IMG/VR virus record: IMGVR_UViG_3300046167_000724
Direction: 5' to 3' (one strand)
Length of the DNA stretch: 64,000 nucleotides
Source: a virus
Lineage: Duplodnaviria > Caudoviricetes
This document shows positions 36,068-46,151 of this stretch, in pieces; within the stretch, counting starts at the first letter, position 1, and the number at the start of each line of letters is the position of its first letter. The position numbers and the translations under genes are program-made. The notes beneath the pieces were generated by a model, which was not told where the DNA came from, made no database searches, and saw only the letters and a program-made list of their open reading frames with translations.

Positions 36068-37534
36068 ATGGCAAATTTAATCAACGAATCTGAAATCAGA
36101 GCAACGTGGTCACCGATCATCGAGTCTGCTACTGGTATCAACGATTCAAACAAACTAGCTTGGATGTCAGAATACTGTCACAATCACAAGCTTTATGAAG
36201 AAGCAAACTTATCTGCAATACAGCCGATGATGCTTAAAGGTATGGGTAACGTATCTCTACCTGGTGACCACATGGTTGGCCACCCAGGTCCAGACTCAGT
36301 AGGTTCAGGTGATAAAGCACCAACTCTACTTCCCCTAGCAATGCAAGTTGCTGCACAAACTGTAGGTCTTGATCTAGTACCTGTAGTACCAATGGCTGGC
36401 CCAATGGGATTACTTTCTTACTTAGATTTCGTATATGATGGTGGTGCTGCAAGAAACGCTGCAGGTGCTAAAAACGTATACTACGTTAAAGTTACAGATA
36501 CAGATCACACTGCACTAGAGACAGCTGCGACATTAGGTGTTATTGCTGCAGATCCAGCATTACACGCAGGTTATGAGTACGTAGGTGTATCAAGAATTGA
36601 TGGCCTAAACATCTGGAAATCAACTTCTGATTTAGTTGCTGCTAATCTAGCACTAGATATCGCTCTAGCTGCCTCTGCTACTGCAACTGTAGGTTTAGAC
36701 CTAGAATTAGTTAAAGCACTAGAAGACCACATTCCTGGTTTCGTTGCTGCTGACGTAGACGGTACTCCTTTCACAAGAGGTGCTGGTGAGCAGACTCCAG
36801 AAAACATCATGGGTCTATCTTTATTCAGCAAATCAGTTGCTGCGGAAACTTTCCAAGTAGCTGCTGCTGTAACAAGAGAGCAAGTTCAAGATCTTAAGCA
36901 ATTCGGCGTTGACGCTGTTGCTCAAGTTGAATCAGTTTTAACTAACGAACTAACTCAGTCTATCAACAGACTAATCCTTAACAAGATGAACGGTATCGCG
37001 CAATCTGGTTTAGGTGCTGCTGCAATTGATTTATCTGCTACAGGTTCTATCTATGGTGGTGAGACAAGAGGTGAAGCACACAGAAGAGTTCTAACGAACA
37101 TCCTAGCTGCTGCTAACCTTATCGCTAACGAAGGTAGAAGAGGTGCTGGTAACTTCGCAGTTGTTGACTGGAAACTAGCTTCAGCTCTACAAGCTATCGC
37201 AGGTTTCGTACCAAATCCAATGGCTAACACGTTCTCGCAAGTTGCGGGTGCTATTTACCCATTAGGTGCAATGGCAGGTATCAACATTTATGTTGATCCA
37301 AACCAATCTCCAACTTCTGCAGGTGTACATTCTGTACTAGTAGGTAGAAAAGGTGACGGTAACGGTTCAGGTCTAGTATTCATGCCATACCTAATGGCTG
37401 AATCAGTTCAGACTATTGCTGAAGGTACTATGGCTCCAAAAATCGCAGTTAAGTCTAGATTCGCTCTAGTTGAAGCTGGATTCCACCCAGAGTTAAACTA
37501 CCAGAAATTCACTGTAACAGGTGTTGAACTATAA
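36068..37534 (+). CDS. gp23: Major capsid protein
   Basis: W.PIIE N-terminus, GLDLVPVVPM, SVAAET, EQVQDLK, ELTQSIN, GRRGAGNF, MPY, KSRF. Confidence 0.93.
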   Translation: MANLINESEIRATWSPIIESATGINDSNKLAWMSEYCHNHKLYEEANLSAIQPMMLKGMGNVSLPGDHMVGHPGPDSVGSGDKAPTLLPLAMQVAAQTVGLDLVPVVPMAGPMGLLSYLDFVYDGGAARNAAGAKNVYYVKVTDTDHTALETAATLGVIAADPALHAGYEYVGVSRIDGLNIWKSTSDLVAANLALDIALAASATATVGLDLELVKALEDHIPGFVAADVDGTPFTRGAGEQTPENIMGLSLFSKSVAAETFQVAAAVTREQVQDLKQFGVDAVAQVESVLTNELTQSINRLILNKMNGIAQSGLGAAAIDLSATGSIYGGETRGEAHRRVLTNILAAANLIANEGRRGAGNFAVVDWKLASALQAIAGFVPNPMANTFSQVAGAIYPLGAMAGINIYVDPNQSPTSAGVHSVLVGRKGDGNGSGLVFMPYLMAESVQTIAEGTMAPKIAVKSRFALVEAGFHPELNYQKFTVTGVEL

Positions 37535-37568
37535 TTTATAGTTTAAAACTTAACAGTTTTCTAATATT

Positions 37569-37597
37569 AAGGGCTTCTCTAACGAGAGGCCCTTTTT
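37569..37597 (+). terminator. Intrinsic terminator after capsid gene
   Basis: AAGGGCTTCT/AGAGGCCCTT stem plus T-tract. Confidence 0.85.
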
Positions 37598-37611
37598 GTT
37601 TATATTATAAT

Positions 37612-37619
37612 GATATATA
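37612..37619 (+). promoter_or_regulatory. Late-type promoter motif GATATATA
   Basis: Recurring octamer. Confidence 0.6.
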
Positions 37620-37650
37620 GTATAAGCAAATATAAAATATTTAATACAAT

Positions 37651-39177
37651 ATGAAAATTAAGTTAAACGAAGCTCTTAAATCGTTCGATATGTTTATCAA
37701 CGAAAGAGAAGTAGCGACTGAGGTTGAAACTGTAGCGGTTGAAACACCTGAAGTTGATTCAAGAAGTGCAATGATTGCTGATGTTGATACTATTATTACA
37801 TCATTAGAAACTTTAGCAGGCTCTGTTGCAGAAATGGTTGAAGAAATGAATAACTTTGATAATGAAGTTAGTGAAGAACTAGAAGCCGTTAATGAGGGTC
37901 CTGTTCAATGGGTTAAAGGTAAAATGCTGCAGGGTAAGCAAAAGAAGATTACAACAATGAAGCTTAAATCTTCAGATATGGCATCTGCCGCTGCTGGTCT
38001 TCAAGGTACAGAGAACAAAGATAAAAAAGCTTATATTATTGATAAGAAAAAACAGCTTGATGATAGTATTAAGCAAATTCAGTCGATGGTTGATGACAAA
38101 GCTAAAGATATTGGTGGTCCAGCTCTTAGAATTGTCAACAAAGAAAAAATTAAAGGACAAATGGCTGTTATCAAATCTCAAATTGGTAACGTAGACCCTA
38201 AAAAAGCTAAAGGGATGAAAGATAGACTTGCTGATTTACAAGGTAAGTATAAAGAAGAAGAGGCTGCAATTGCACAATTAAAAGATAAAGCAGATGCTAA
38301 TGCTCAAGATGTAGATAATGACGATAACGTTTTAGCCACAAAAGACCAGATTAAAGAATTGCAAGATGAAAAGAAAAGCATTGATAAGACTACAATTAAG
38401 GGTAAGCTTGAAGATGTTATGATGGATATAAAAATCACAGGTCTTAAAATGAAAGTTGCTGTTGAGGATGGTGATTCAAATACAGATCCTGGTGATTTTG
38501 ATGATAAAATATCAAAGCTTAAAGCTAAAGCTGCTGAACTACAAGCTGAATTAGAAGAAACTCCAGAAGAAACTCCAGAAGAAAAAGAAGCTGCTGCGAA
38601 AGCCGCTGCTGACAAAGAAGCTGCTGACAAAGCCGCTGCTGACAAAGAAGCTGCTGACAAAGAAGCTGCTGACAAAGCCGCTGCCGACAAAGAAGCCGCT
38701 GACAAAGTTGAAACAGAGACTGAAACAGAGACTGAAACAGAGACTGAGACTGAGACTGAAACAGAGACTGAAACAGAGACTGAAACAGAAGCTACTGCCG
38801 AAGCGGATACTGCAAAAGTAAAAGAAATTAAAGGCAAAATCAAAGAATATGAGGATGCTATTAAAGACTTAAGTGATAAAAAAGATAAAGCATCTAAAGA
38901 TAAAGTAGGTATGTTACAAGCAGCTCTTAAATCGGCAAAAGCTAATTTAGAAAAAGAACAACAACCTAAAGAATCATTAGTTATTAGAGCAAACGCAGTT
39001 GGCCTAAATGAATTAGCGTCAGAAATTGATTCTAAATTAGACTGGCAACTTGCCGAAGGTACTGGTTTAAGACTTAAATATGAAGCTGCTATTAGAAAAG
39101 CAGAAGCTGATAAAACTCTTAACGAATCAAGATACTTCGATAATAATATGAAAGACGCGTTTAGAAGACTTCTATAA
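37651..39177 (+). CDS. Putative internal head coiled-coil protein with low-complexity linker
   Basis: LKSFDMFINE N-terminus; AADKE and ET repeats; AVNE/G and LNE/S sites. Confidence 0.6.
   Translation: MKIKLNEALKSFDMFINEREVATEVETVAVETPEVDSRSAMIADVDTIITSLETLAGSVAEMVEEMNNFDNEVSEELEAVNEGPVQWVKGKMLQGKQKKITTMKLKSSDMASAAAGLQGTENKDKKAYIIDKKKQLDDSIKQIQSMVDDKAKDIGGPALRIVNKEKIKGQMAVIKSQIGNVDPKKAKGMKDRLADLQGKYKEEEAAIAQLKDKADANAQDVDNDDNVLATKDQIKELQDEKKSIDKTTIKGKLEDVMMDIKITGLKMKVAVEDGDSNTDPGDFDDKISKLKAKAAELQAELEETPEETPEEKEAAAKAAADKEAADKAAADKEAADKEAADKAAADKEAADKVETETETETETETETETETETETETETEATAEADTAKVKEIKGKIKEYEDAIKDLSDKKDKASKDKVGMLQAALKSAKANLEKEQQPKESLVIRANAVGLNELASEIDSKLDWQLAEGTGLRLKYEAAIRKAEADKTLNESRYFDNNMKDAFRRLL
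38590..38790 (+). repeat. 15-bp (AADKE/AADKA) and 6/12-bp (ET) coding microsatellites
   Basis: GCTGCTGACAAAGAA and GAAACAGAGACT units. Confidence 0.9.
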
Positions 39178-39672
39178 GTTTCTAGGGTTAGCGTTACTCT
39201 TAAATAATTTCAAGAGCTCCTTTTGTTGATTCATTAGGAGCTCTTGACATTTTATACGAAAAGCAACTGAACTGTCAACAATTAACATATCTATATTTTT
39301 ACCGATAGTGTCCCAATAATCTGGGTGTACAAAGTTAGTCGGTGAGAAATCATTCATTGAGCTCATAATAGGTTTACCAGAAAGAGCACATTTCCACGGG
39401 ACCATATCATATGAGTCTTTAAGCGGTTCAATCTTTTTTAGTGATTCTGTTCTCCAATCCCAAAACAGTTTATGTTTTATACTTTTCGTGTCGGTTCTGT
39501 AAATACCAAAGATTGCACCCATTACTTGTGGGTCATCTGAAATGTGTCTTAAGTTTTGGTGTTCTAACAAAAGTCGCTTGTGACTTTTTGATAAAGATTC
39601 AAATGAAATGCCATGCTTACCACGAACACCAGTCTTGTAAACAATATGTGGATACTTCTTAGCTTGTGCCAT
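39172..39672 (-). CDS. Hypothetical protein, only convincing minus-strand gene
   Basis: Fills otherwise empty + strand gap; GATAAATA upstream on minus strand (39679-39686). Confidence 0.7.
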   Translation of the reverse strand: MAQAKKYPHIVYKTGVRGKHGISFESLSKSHKRLLLEHQNLRHISDDPQVMGAIFGIYRTDTKSIKHKLFWDWRTESLKKIEPLKDSYDMVPWKCALSGKPIMSSMNDFSPTNFVHPDYWDTIGKNIDMLIVDSSVAFRIKCQELLMNQQKELLKLFKSNANPRNL

Positions 39673-39689
39673 ATATTATATTTATCTTT

Positions 39690-39717
39690 GAAACTAAATG
39701 CAATTATTTCATATAAT
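39690..39717 (+). promoter_or_regulatory. Middle-type promoter GAAACT-N16-TATAAT
   Basis: Recurring motif variant. Confidence 0.7.
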
Positions 39718-39737
39718 AATTGTAAAAATATATATAG

Positions 39738-40694
39738 ATGAGTTCAATAAATCAACTTTTCACCGAGAAATACCGCCCAAAGAATTTAGATAGCCTAATT
39801 CTTCCAGAACGTGTAATGAAGAAATTCATGAACGGTGTTCAACAAAACATGCTATTTGCGGGTTCACCTGGTACGGGTAAAACATCAACGGCCAAAGCAT
39901 TAGTAAATCAATACGATTTACCATATCTTTACATAAATGCGTCAACAGATACTTCGGTTGATGTGATTCGTACAAGGATTACAGACTTTTGTTCAACAAT
40001 GTCTATCTTAGATGATCGGGATAAGTTTAAGGTTGTTATACTTGATGAGATTGACGGTGTATCTGATCAATTCTTTAAAGCACTTCGTGCAACTATGGAG
40101 ACGTTTGCATCTAATTCAAGATTTATTGCAACTTGTAATTATATTAATAAGTTACCAGACCCTATTCTTTCACGCTTTGAAGTATTGAATTTTGACTTTG
40201 ATAAAGATGAAGAGTCTGAATTAACTAAAAAGTATATCAAGCGTGTTTATGATATTACTGGAAGTGAGGGAATGACCATTGAAAAACCGGCACTTGTTGA
40301 GTTTGTTCGTCGTAACTTCCCAGACCTTCGTACAACGCTTAACAAGCTACAGGGTTACAAAGCACAGGGTACTGACAACATTACAGTTGATGATGTTAAG
40401 CGATTTAATTCAGTCTACAAAGATGTATTTGAATTGATATTTAATGAAACAGACCCCGCTAAAAACTACAAGTTATTAGTTTCTGAATATGCAAATAGAG
40501 TAGACGACGTGTTACAAACACTTGGTCAAGAGTTTATTGAGTATATTCAAGCTGAAAAATCTAATGCTGTTAGATTTATACCGCAGATTATTATTACAGT
40601 TGCAGAACATCAAGCTCAACGCAACCAGGTGATTGATCCTGTGATTACAATGTTATCTTGTATTTATAAAATACAGACAATAGTTATACAATAA
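39738..40694 (+). CDS. gp44: Clamp loader large subunit (RFC-like AAA+)
   Basis: EKYRP, GSPGTGKT, INAS, ILDEID, SR. Confidence 0.93.
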   Translation: MSSINQLFTEKYRPKNLDSLILPERVMKKFMNGVQQNMLFAGSPGTGKTSTAKALVNQYDLPYLYINASTDTSVDVIRTRITDFCSTMSILDDRDKFKVVILDEIDGVSDQFFKALRATMETFASNSRFIATCNYINKLPDPILSRFEVLNFDFDKDEESELTKKYIKRVYDITGSEGMTIEKPALVEFVRRNFPDLRTTLNKLQGYKAQGTDNITVDDVKRFNSVYKDVFELIFNETDPAKNYKLLVSEYANRVDDVLQTLGQEFIEYIQAEKSNAVRFIPQIIITVAEHQAQRNQVIDPVITMLSCIYKIQTIVIQ

Positions 40695-40702
40695 TTTTTA
40701 TT

Positions 40703-40725
40703 TGTCACTTTTTTTGCCTATATTA
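40703..40725 (+). promoter_or_regulatory. Early/host-type promoter motif TGTC-N12-TATATTA
   Basis: Recurring motif. Confidence 0.5.
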
Positions 40726-40748
40726 GTGACATACAAAAGACATATATT

Positions 40749-41984
40749 ATGAAATTAGGAAAGCACACATTAATGATTGACGGTAACTACTTTGTATATA
40801 GTAGGTTATATGTCATGCCACGTAGAAGTGGTAAACAACTTCTTGAGACTGAAAAAGACCAAGGTCAATTCATGCGTAAGCTTTGTATTGATTTCGCATC
40901 TGAAATGCGCAAGATGAAAGATTTTGTAGATGAGGTCGTTATTGCGGTTGATTCTAAATCTTGGCGTAAAGACTTTTATCCAGAAGCTGAATATAAAGGT
41001 ACACGTAAAACAGATGAGACTGTTAACTGGGCTGCCGTGTATCGCATATACGACGAGTTTAGAGCACTCTTGGCTAAAAGTGGTGTAGTTATACAGCAAA
41101 CACCAGGCGCTGAGGCAGATGACATTCTATTTGCTCGTGCGACCGAGTTAAATAATCAAGGTAAAAACTGTATTGTATGGACTGGTGACCGTGACCTTAT
41201 TCAGCTTGTTGATTACACACAAGCGACTGATGGTTATACACTTTGGTATTACAACACAAAGCGTAATCTATTAACATTTGAAGGTTTCAACGATTTACTT
41301 GAAACATCTACAAGTGAACAATTATCTAATGATGAATTACTGTTTAACTTAAACAATGACGATATTCATTCTGATGGTATTAAATCTAAAATCAAAGCTT
41401 GGATTAAAAGCAACAAAGTTAACATTCAAGAAATTGATTCTCGCGCATTTATCTTTAAAAAGATTCTTATAGGTGATAAGTCTGATAACATTATGTCCGT
41501 TGTTACCTATACCAAAACCATGAAGAACGGTAAGGTTCGTACATTCTCAATTACCGACAAGCAAGCTGATAAAGTATTGGCTCAATACGAAAAAGATTAC
41601 GGGCGATTTGAAGTTGAGCACCTGTTTATACCTGAATGTATTGACAGAATGTCTGACGTTATTTACCGTGTAATTGGTAACGCTGAATTAGCAATTATTA
41701 AAAATGTATTGAAGCTAAACATCCAGCTAATGTTGTTACACGTTAGAACTATTCCGGAGCCAATTATGGAAGCCATGTATAATGATATAGAGGTAAACAA
41801 TCCAGACTTAAACGTATATAATATTACACAGATGGAACGTATTCTTGAAGGTACGCCTTGGACTAAAAAAGCGGGTGAAAGTGTTCCAGATAATTTAGAT
41901 CCATTCAGCGGATTAAAACTTGTAGACGACCCAACTAAAAAAGAAGAAGAACCTAAAACTAAAAGCCTTAACAATTTATTCTAA
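40749..41984 (+). CDS. rnh: 5'-3' exonuclease / T4 RNase H-like flap nuclease
   Basis: IDGNY, DS.SWRK, YKGTR, EADD, DRDL.QL, GDKSDNI. Confidence 0.9.
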   Translation: MKLGKHTLMIDGNYFVYSRLYVMPRRSGKQLLETEKDQGQFMRKLCIDFASEMRKMKDFVDEVVIAVDSKSWRKDFYPEAEYKGTRKTDETVNWAAVYRIYDEFRALLAKSGVVIQQTPGAEADDILFARATELNNQGKNCIVWTGDRDLIQLVDYTQATDGYTLWYYNTKRNLLTFEGFNDLLETSTSEQLSNDELLFNLNNDDIHSDGIKSKIKAWIKSNKVNIQEIDSRAFIFKKILIGDKSDNIMSVVTYTKTMKNGKVRTFSITDKQADKVLAQYEKDYGRFEVEHLFIPECIDRMSDVIYRVIGNAELAIIKNVLKLNIQLMLLHVRTIPEPIMEAMYNDIEVNNPDLNVYNITQMERILEGTPWTKKAGESVPDNLDPFSGLKLVDDPTKKEEEPKTKSLNNLF

Positions 41985-42412
41985 TGCTTGACGAAACCAA
42001 ACTATTTGACTTCATAAAAATTATGTTTACAAAGCCTAAACAATATAAGGCTATTAAACAACATAATAAGAAGCGTCATTTCTTTATGATAAATAGGTTT
42101 TTTGCAATAAAGTATCCAGACAACGCCAATGCTTTTAATATTAACGGTATTGATGGTTCCTATGTTGTGGATGCATGGTCAATACTAGCTCGACGTTTTA
42201 CAAGTGTACCTGGTTGGATTTACACTAAAACTAAAAAAATGCCTAAAGCGGCAATTAATAAAAATCAATATATACCTAAAGACGAAACTATTGAAGTCTA
42301 TTTAAAGAAATATGAAATAGGTCGTCGCGAATTTAATGAAATGCAGAAGTTTGCACCAGATGCTTTAAATACTGAGCTGCAAGCTATTGAAAAAAGTATT
42401 CAAGTATATTGA
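41984..42412 (+). CDS. gp62: Probable clamp loader small subunit (gp62-like)
   Basis: FMINRFFAIKYPDNANAFN resembles gp62 central motif; same operon as gp44. Confidence 0.55.
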   Translation: MLDETKLFDFIKIMFTKPKQYKAIKQHNKKRHFFMINRFFAIKYPDNANAFNINGIDGSYVVDAWSILARRFTSVPGWIYTKTKKMPKAAINKNQYIPKDETIEVYLKKYEIGRREFNEMQKFAPDALNTELQAIEKSIQVY

Positions 42413-42413
42413 T

Positions 42414-43061
42414 ATGAATCATATTGACACTGCAAGCTTGTGTGATATCATAGATATCACACTATATAAATTTAATCATTATGATAATTTGATATGGACA
42501 AAGTGTCTTAATCAGGTTGATTATACACAAATTGACGAGGATTCTATACTTGTTACACCATATCAATTGCAGATGATGTTAAATTTAAATTTTAAGAGAG
42601 ACCTAATGAAAATTAGAGCTATCACTTTTGATTTAATTCACACAGACGCAAACTCATTATATTTTTTAGATAAAATACTTGGAGATTTTACTAGATTAAA
42701 ATGGATTAAATTAACATTGTCTAAAACTAGAAACTTTTCTAGAACTGTCAAGATTAATGAAAACGCAACACAAATAAAATATTCATTTAAAATTGTTAAA
42801 GCTACATTTAGATTAAATGAAATATTTGAAGACGCTGAATTAAAAAAGATTAATCCAATCTTACACAAATATGATTTAATTCCACGAAATAAGCCATATC
42901 AACTTCAGCCGGCAGTTAAAATTTTAAACGCTTTAGATGCTGCTTTAAACCATACTTCTGTATCTGATAATGATGCGGAGTTGCTGGCAATAATATTAGA
43001 TGCGCTGAGTTTTAAAATTGAAAATGATAACCCAGATATTTTATTAGTCACAGATTGGTAG
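42414..43061 (+). CDS. Hypothetical protein
   Basis: ATG 42414 preferred over TTG 42387. Confidence 0.65.
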   Translation: MNHIDTASLCDIIDITLYKFNHYDNLIWTKCLNQVDYTQIDEDSILVTPYQLQMMLNLNFKRDLMKIRAITFDLIHTDANSLYFLDKILGDFTRLKWIKLTLSKTRNFSRTVKINENATQIKYSFKIVKATFRLNEIFEDAELKKINPILHKYDLIPRNKPYQLQPAVKILNALDAALNHTSVSDNDAELLAIILDALSFKIENDNPDILLVTDW

Positions 43062-43068
43062 ATATATA
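43061..43068 (+). promoter_or_regulatory. Late-type promoter motif GATATATA
   Basis: Recurring octamer. Confidence 0.6.
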
Positions 43069-43087
43069 CAAAAAGTATATTTACTAA

Positions 43088-43513
43088 ATGTTGGATTTAT
43101 TTAAGAATTTTGGTAAAAGAGAGGCTCTAGTTTATATTGTAGTTTTTCTTTGGGTTATTGGTGGTGTGTATGGTGCTATAAAAGGTGTTGATTTTGTACA
43201 ATTAGCATCTTATTTTGGCTCATTAACGGCTTATGTCGCAACTTACATATGGGCTGAAACCAAAAAACCTTCACAAAAAACAAGCATTCTTAAAAGAGGT
43301 AAATCATCTAGGAGGGAAATCATGATATATCTTGTGGTTCTTTTATGGGTGATTGCAGGTGCATTTGGTATTTATTATATGGCAAATTTAACTAGTTTAT
43401 CGATTTACTTTATTTCGTTATCTGGTTTTATTGCCTCTTGGATTGCTGGTGAAGTTTATAAACCACAAGACGATATTAAAAAAGATATAACTGACGTAGA
43501 TTACGGTGGTTAA
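43088..43513 (+). CDS. Four-TM membrane protein built from two homologous halves (holin candidate)
   Basis: KREALVYIVVFLW...AETKKP vs RREIMIYLVVLLW...GEVYKP. Confidence 0.55.
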   Translation: MLDLFKNFGKREALVYIVVFLWVIGGVYGAIKGVDFVQLASYFGSLTAYVATYIWAETKKPSQKTSILKRGKSSRREIMIYLVVLLWVIAGAFGIYYMANLTSLSIYFISLSGFIASWIAGEVYKPQDDIKKDITDVDYGG

Positions 43514-43522
43514 TATATTATA

Positions 43523-45463
43523 ATGGTTACAGGACAAACTGCAAATGAAATAAGCGATGTAATAATCGCTAAATTATTAGAACCGTATAAAAATGCTATT
43601 CAGGTAACTGATTTTGCTATATTGGCCGGTGTATCATCGCCAAATACTATTGGTAAAATAAATTTAACTGAGGGTAGTACTACTGTTTCCGGGTTTGGTA
43701 CTAATTTTAACCTTCTGTCTGGTGATTTTATAATTGTAGGTAATACTGTATTAGAGGTTGCTAGTCAAGTATCACCAATACACATTGAATTAGTTAACCC
43801 ATCACCATTTACTTTAGGTCAAGCAATGTTTATGTTAGATGTTGACCAGTACAATGATTTTACATATCAATATAGATGGTCTAATAACGGTGAAGAGTAT
43901 GCTGAATTTAAACCATTAAATAGAGATAGTAATCCAGGTGACCTGTTTGCATTAACATTTGATGGGACATTAGACCTTTATTTAGATTTAAGATGTGAGG
44001 TTGATAAACTTTCATCGGGTCATTCTATAAGTATCATTGATGTTACATTTACGGTGCTTGATGATTCCGGAGTTATTGAGGCTTGTCCACAATACTGTAT
44101 TGATTGTGAGGACCCGTATAGTTATTCAGGTTGTGCAAATATAAAGGTTGAATGTGAAACATCTGAAAATCATTTTAAGCCTTATCAATTAGGTAAGAGT
44201 AATAAGTTATATAATCAGCTTGTTGAAATTACAAGTGATATTTTCGGCCATGCTGTAAGGTATTATAGAACTGAACCAGATACAAGAACTAAAGATGTTA
44301 TTTTTATGGAATATTCTTTATTTTCTGTTGCTGCGTCTGGTGATTTAAAAGTTTCTGTACCTGGTAATGAATTCCCAACTGAAGCATTACAGTACGATAT
44401 GTTTGGTATGGGCTTTGAAGATTTTGAGATTCATATTACAGATTACCAATTTGAAAAAACATTTGGTATTGGTCATAGACCAAGAGTTAAGGATTATCTT
44501 TTCCTACCGATTAACAATAAAATGTATGAAATAAAGTCTGTTACTTTAGCGGACGAATTTAATGTACAACACACATACTGGAGAGTAATGCTCGGTAAGT
44601 ATCAAGAAAGGTCTGCTATTGAAAAATCACCAGTTATTGAAGCTGAACTTGAAAATTTAGTGGTTGGTGTTGAAGATATTTTTGGAGCTGAAATACAAGA
44701 CGAGTACGTTAAAGCAACGGACCCACAACAACTGTCAACTGTAATTCACAATTGGGATGATGGTGTTCGTGTAACAGCTGACTCTAGATTAAAAATTGTT
44801 GACTTTGACCTTAAAAATAGATGGACTATTGTTTCTAAAAACTATTACAACCTATCGACAGTATCAACAAATGATACAGCTATTGATTATGCATTACAGG
44901 CAAAACAATCCATTGACGATAATTTAGCATTTACAACATGGTTCTCACCAGGTTTTGACACAACTGATACATCACACTATCAAATATTAAACGGCGACCA
45001 ATTTGGCGAAGGTCTTAATATTAAAATATCTTCAAACAATTTAGAGATTACAATTAACGGGCAATCACACTTGTTCTTACATAATATGATTTTAAGTTCT
45101 ACTGAATGGTACGGTTTAGTTGTTAATATGTCAAATACATTCCGTGAATTGAGTGTGAGTATTTATTACCTTGACCAGGCTAATAATAGAAATAGACCAC
45201 AAGATGCTACTAATAACCTTGAGTTACAATTTAATGAAACAAAATCATTGACTCAAGCATTTATTTGGGAATTAGACAGACCATACCGATTAAAGGGTGG
45301 TTTGCTAAAATTAACAAATTTAAGATTGTGGAAAAAGACTATCGAAGAAGAACAACACCACAATATTTTAAACCAATCACTTGTTAGAGATGCTCATTTA
45401 GCATTAATGATTGATAACGCAATTCCATCACTTTCTTATCAAAGATACCATAACGCTCGTTAA
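43523..45463 (+). CDS. gp14: Neck protein (gp14-like core) with N-terminal extension and C-terminal LamG-like domain
   Basis: FGHAVRYY, DMFG..EDFEIHI, RPRVKDYLFLP..NKMYEI core; C-terminal FTTWF...EWYGLVV..LTNLRLW. Confidence 0.6.
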   Translation: MVTGQTANEISDVIIAKLLEPYKNAIQVTDFAILAGVSSPNTIGKINLTEGSTTVSGFGTNFNLLSGDFIIVGNTVLEVASQVSPIHIELVNPSPFTLGQAMFMLDVDQYNDFTYQYRWSNNGEEYAEFKPLNRDSNPGDLFALTFDGTLDLYLDLRCEVDKLSSGHSISIIDVTFTVLDDSGVIEACPQYCIDCEDPYSYSGCANIKVECETSENHFKPYQLGKSNKLYNQLVEITSDIFGHAVRYYRTEPDTRTKDVIFMEYSLFSVAASGDLKVSVPGNEFPTEALQYDMFGMGFEDFEIHITDYQFEKTFGIGHRPRVKDYLFLPINNKMYEIKSVTLADEFNVQHTYWRVMLGKYQERSAIEKSPVIEAELENLVVGVEDIFGAEIQDEYVKATDPQQLSTVIHNWDDGVRVTADSRLKIVDFDLKNRWTIVSKNYYNLSTVSTNDTAIDYALQAKQSIDDNLAFTTWFSPGFDTTDTSHYQILNGDQFGEGLNIKISSNNLEITINGQSHLFLHNMILSSTEWYGLVVNMSNTFRELSVSIYYLDQANNRNRPQDATNNLELQFNETKSLTQAFIWELDRPYRLKGGLLKLTNLRLWKKTIEEEQHHNILNQSLVRDAHLALMIDNAIPSLSYQRYHNAR

Positions 45464-45469
45464 TAGTTA

Positions 45470-45477
45470 GATATATA
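45470..45477 (+). promoter_or_regulatory. Late-type promoter motif GATATATA
   Basis: Recurring octamer. Confidence 0.6.
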
Positions 45478-45503
45478 TAATATCATATTAACAGAATATA
45501 TTT

Positions 45504-46151
45504 ATGGGTGAAGATAAGAAGAATATCCGTTCACAGGCGGATGAGATTAGGAATGAATTAGATAGCCTTATAGGTGACGATGAGTCAATTGAAGGTATTA
45601 TTGATATAGATCCAAAACTCCCAACAACGGCGGGCCATTATAAACCATTTGATTATGGTGAGGTAAAGGGCAAGGCCGATATACAAGCGAAAAAAACTAT
45701 AACATCATTGATGAAGTTTTATCTGGATGCGGATATTATTGAACATGATGAATACGTTAAAGCTAAAAAGAAAATGGACGAAATGACAATGAGTTCATTA
45801 GTTTACCAGCTTCAAGCCGGTGAGCGTGCATTGACGACTCTTTTACAAACTATTGAAGATGGTGAATTAGCACCAAGAATGTTTGAGGTTTTAGCAACGT
45901 TACAGAAATCAATGCTTGATATTATTAAGTCGCAGACAATGTATCTAATGGCTACTGAAGAATCAGTAAAGCGTATTGCACGTGATGCTGATATCTATAA
46001 AGAAAAAACAAATAGACAAATTACAACCGATGCCGCAGGTGGCAACAATGATGGTGGTAATGTACAAAGAGGTACTAGAGACCTCATGTCTAAGATTAGA
46101 GCGGGCATCGACAACGATATCGAAGATGTAGAAGCAGAAGACAAAGAATAA
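45504..46151 (+). CDS. gp16: Terminase small subunit
   Basis: APRMFEVLATLQKSMLD resembles T4 gp16 PR..EV; directly upstream of large subunit. Confidence 0.7.
   Translation: MGEDKKNIRSQADEIRNELDSLIGDDESIEGIIDIDPKLPTTAGHYKPFDYGEVKGKADIQAKKTITSLMKFYLDADIIEHDEYVKAKKKMDEMTMSSLVYQLQAGERALTTLLQTIEDGELAPRMFEVLATLQKSMLDIIKSQTMYLMATEESVKRIARDADIYKEKTNRQITTDAAGGNNDGGNVQRGTRDLMSKIRAGIDNDIEDVEAEDKE

Noticed and set aside
38304-38843. Minus ORF with (SV)n repeats
   Set aside because: Antisense of the (ET)n tract in 37651-39177.
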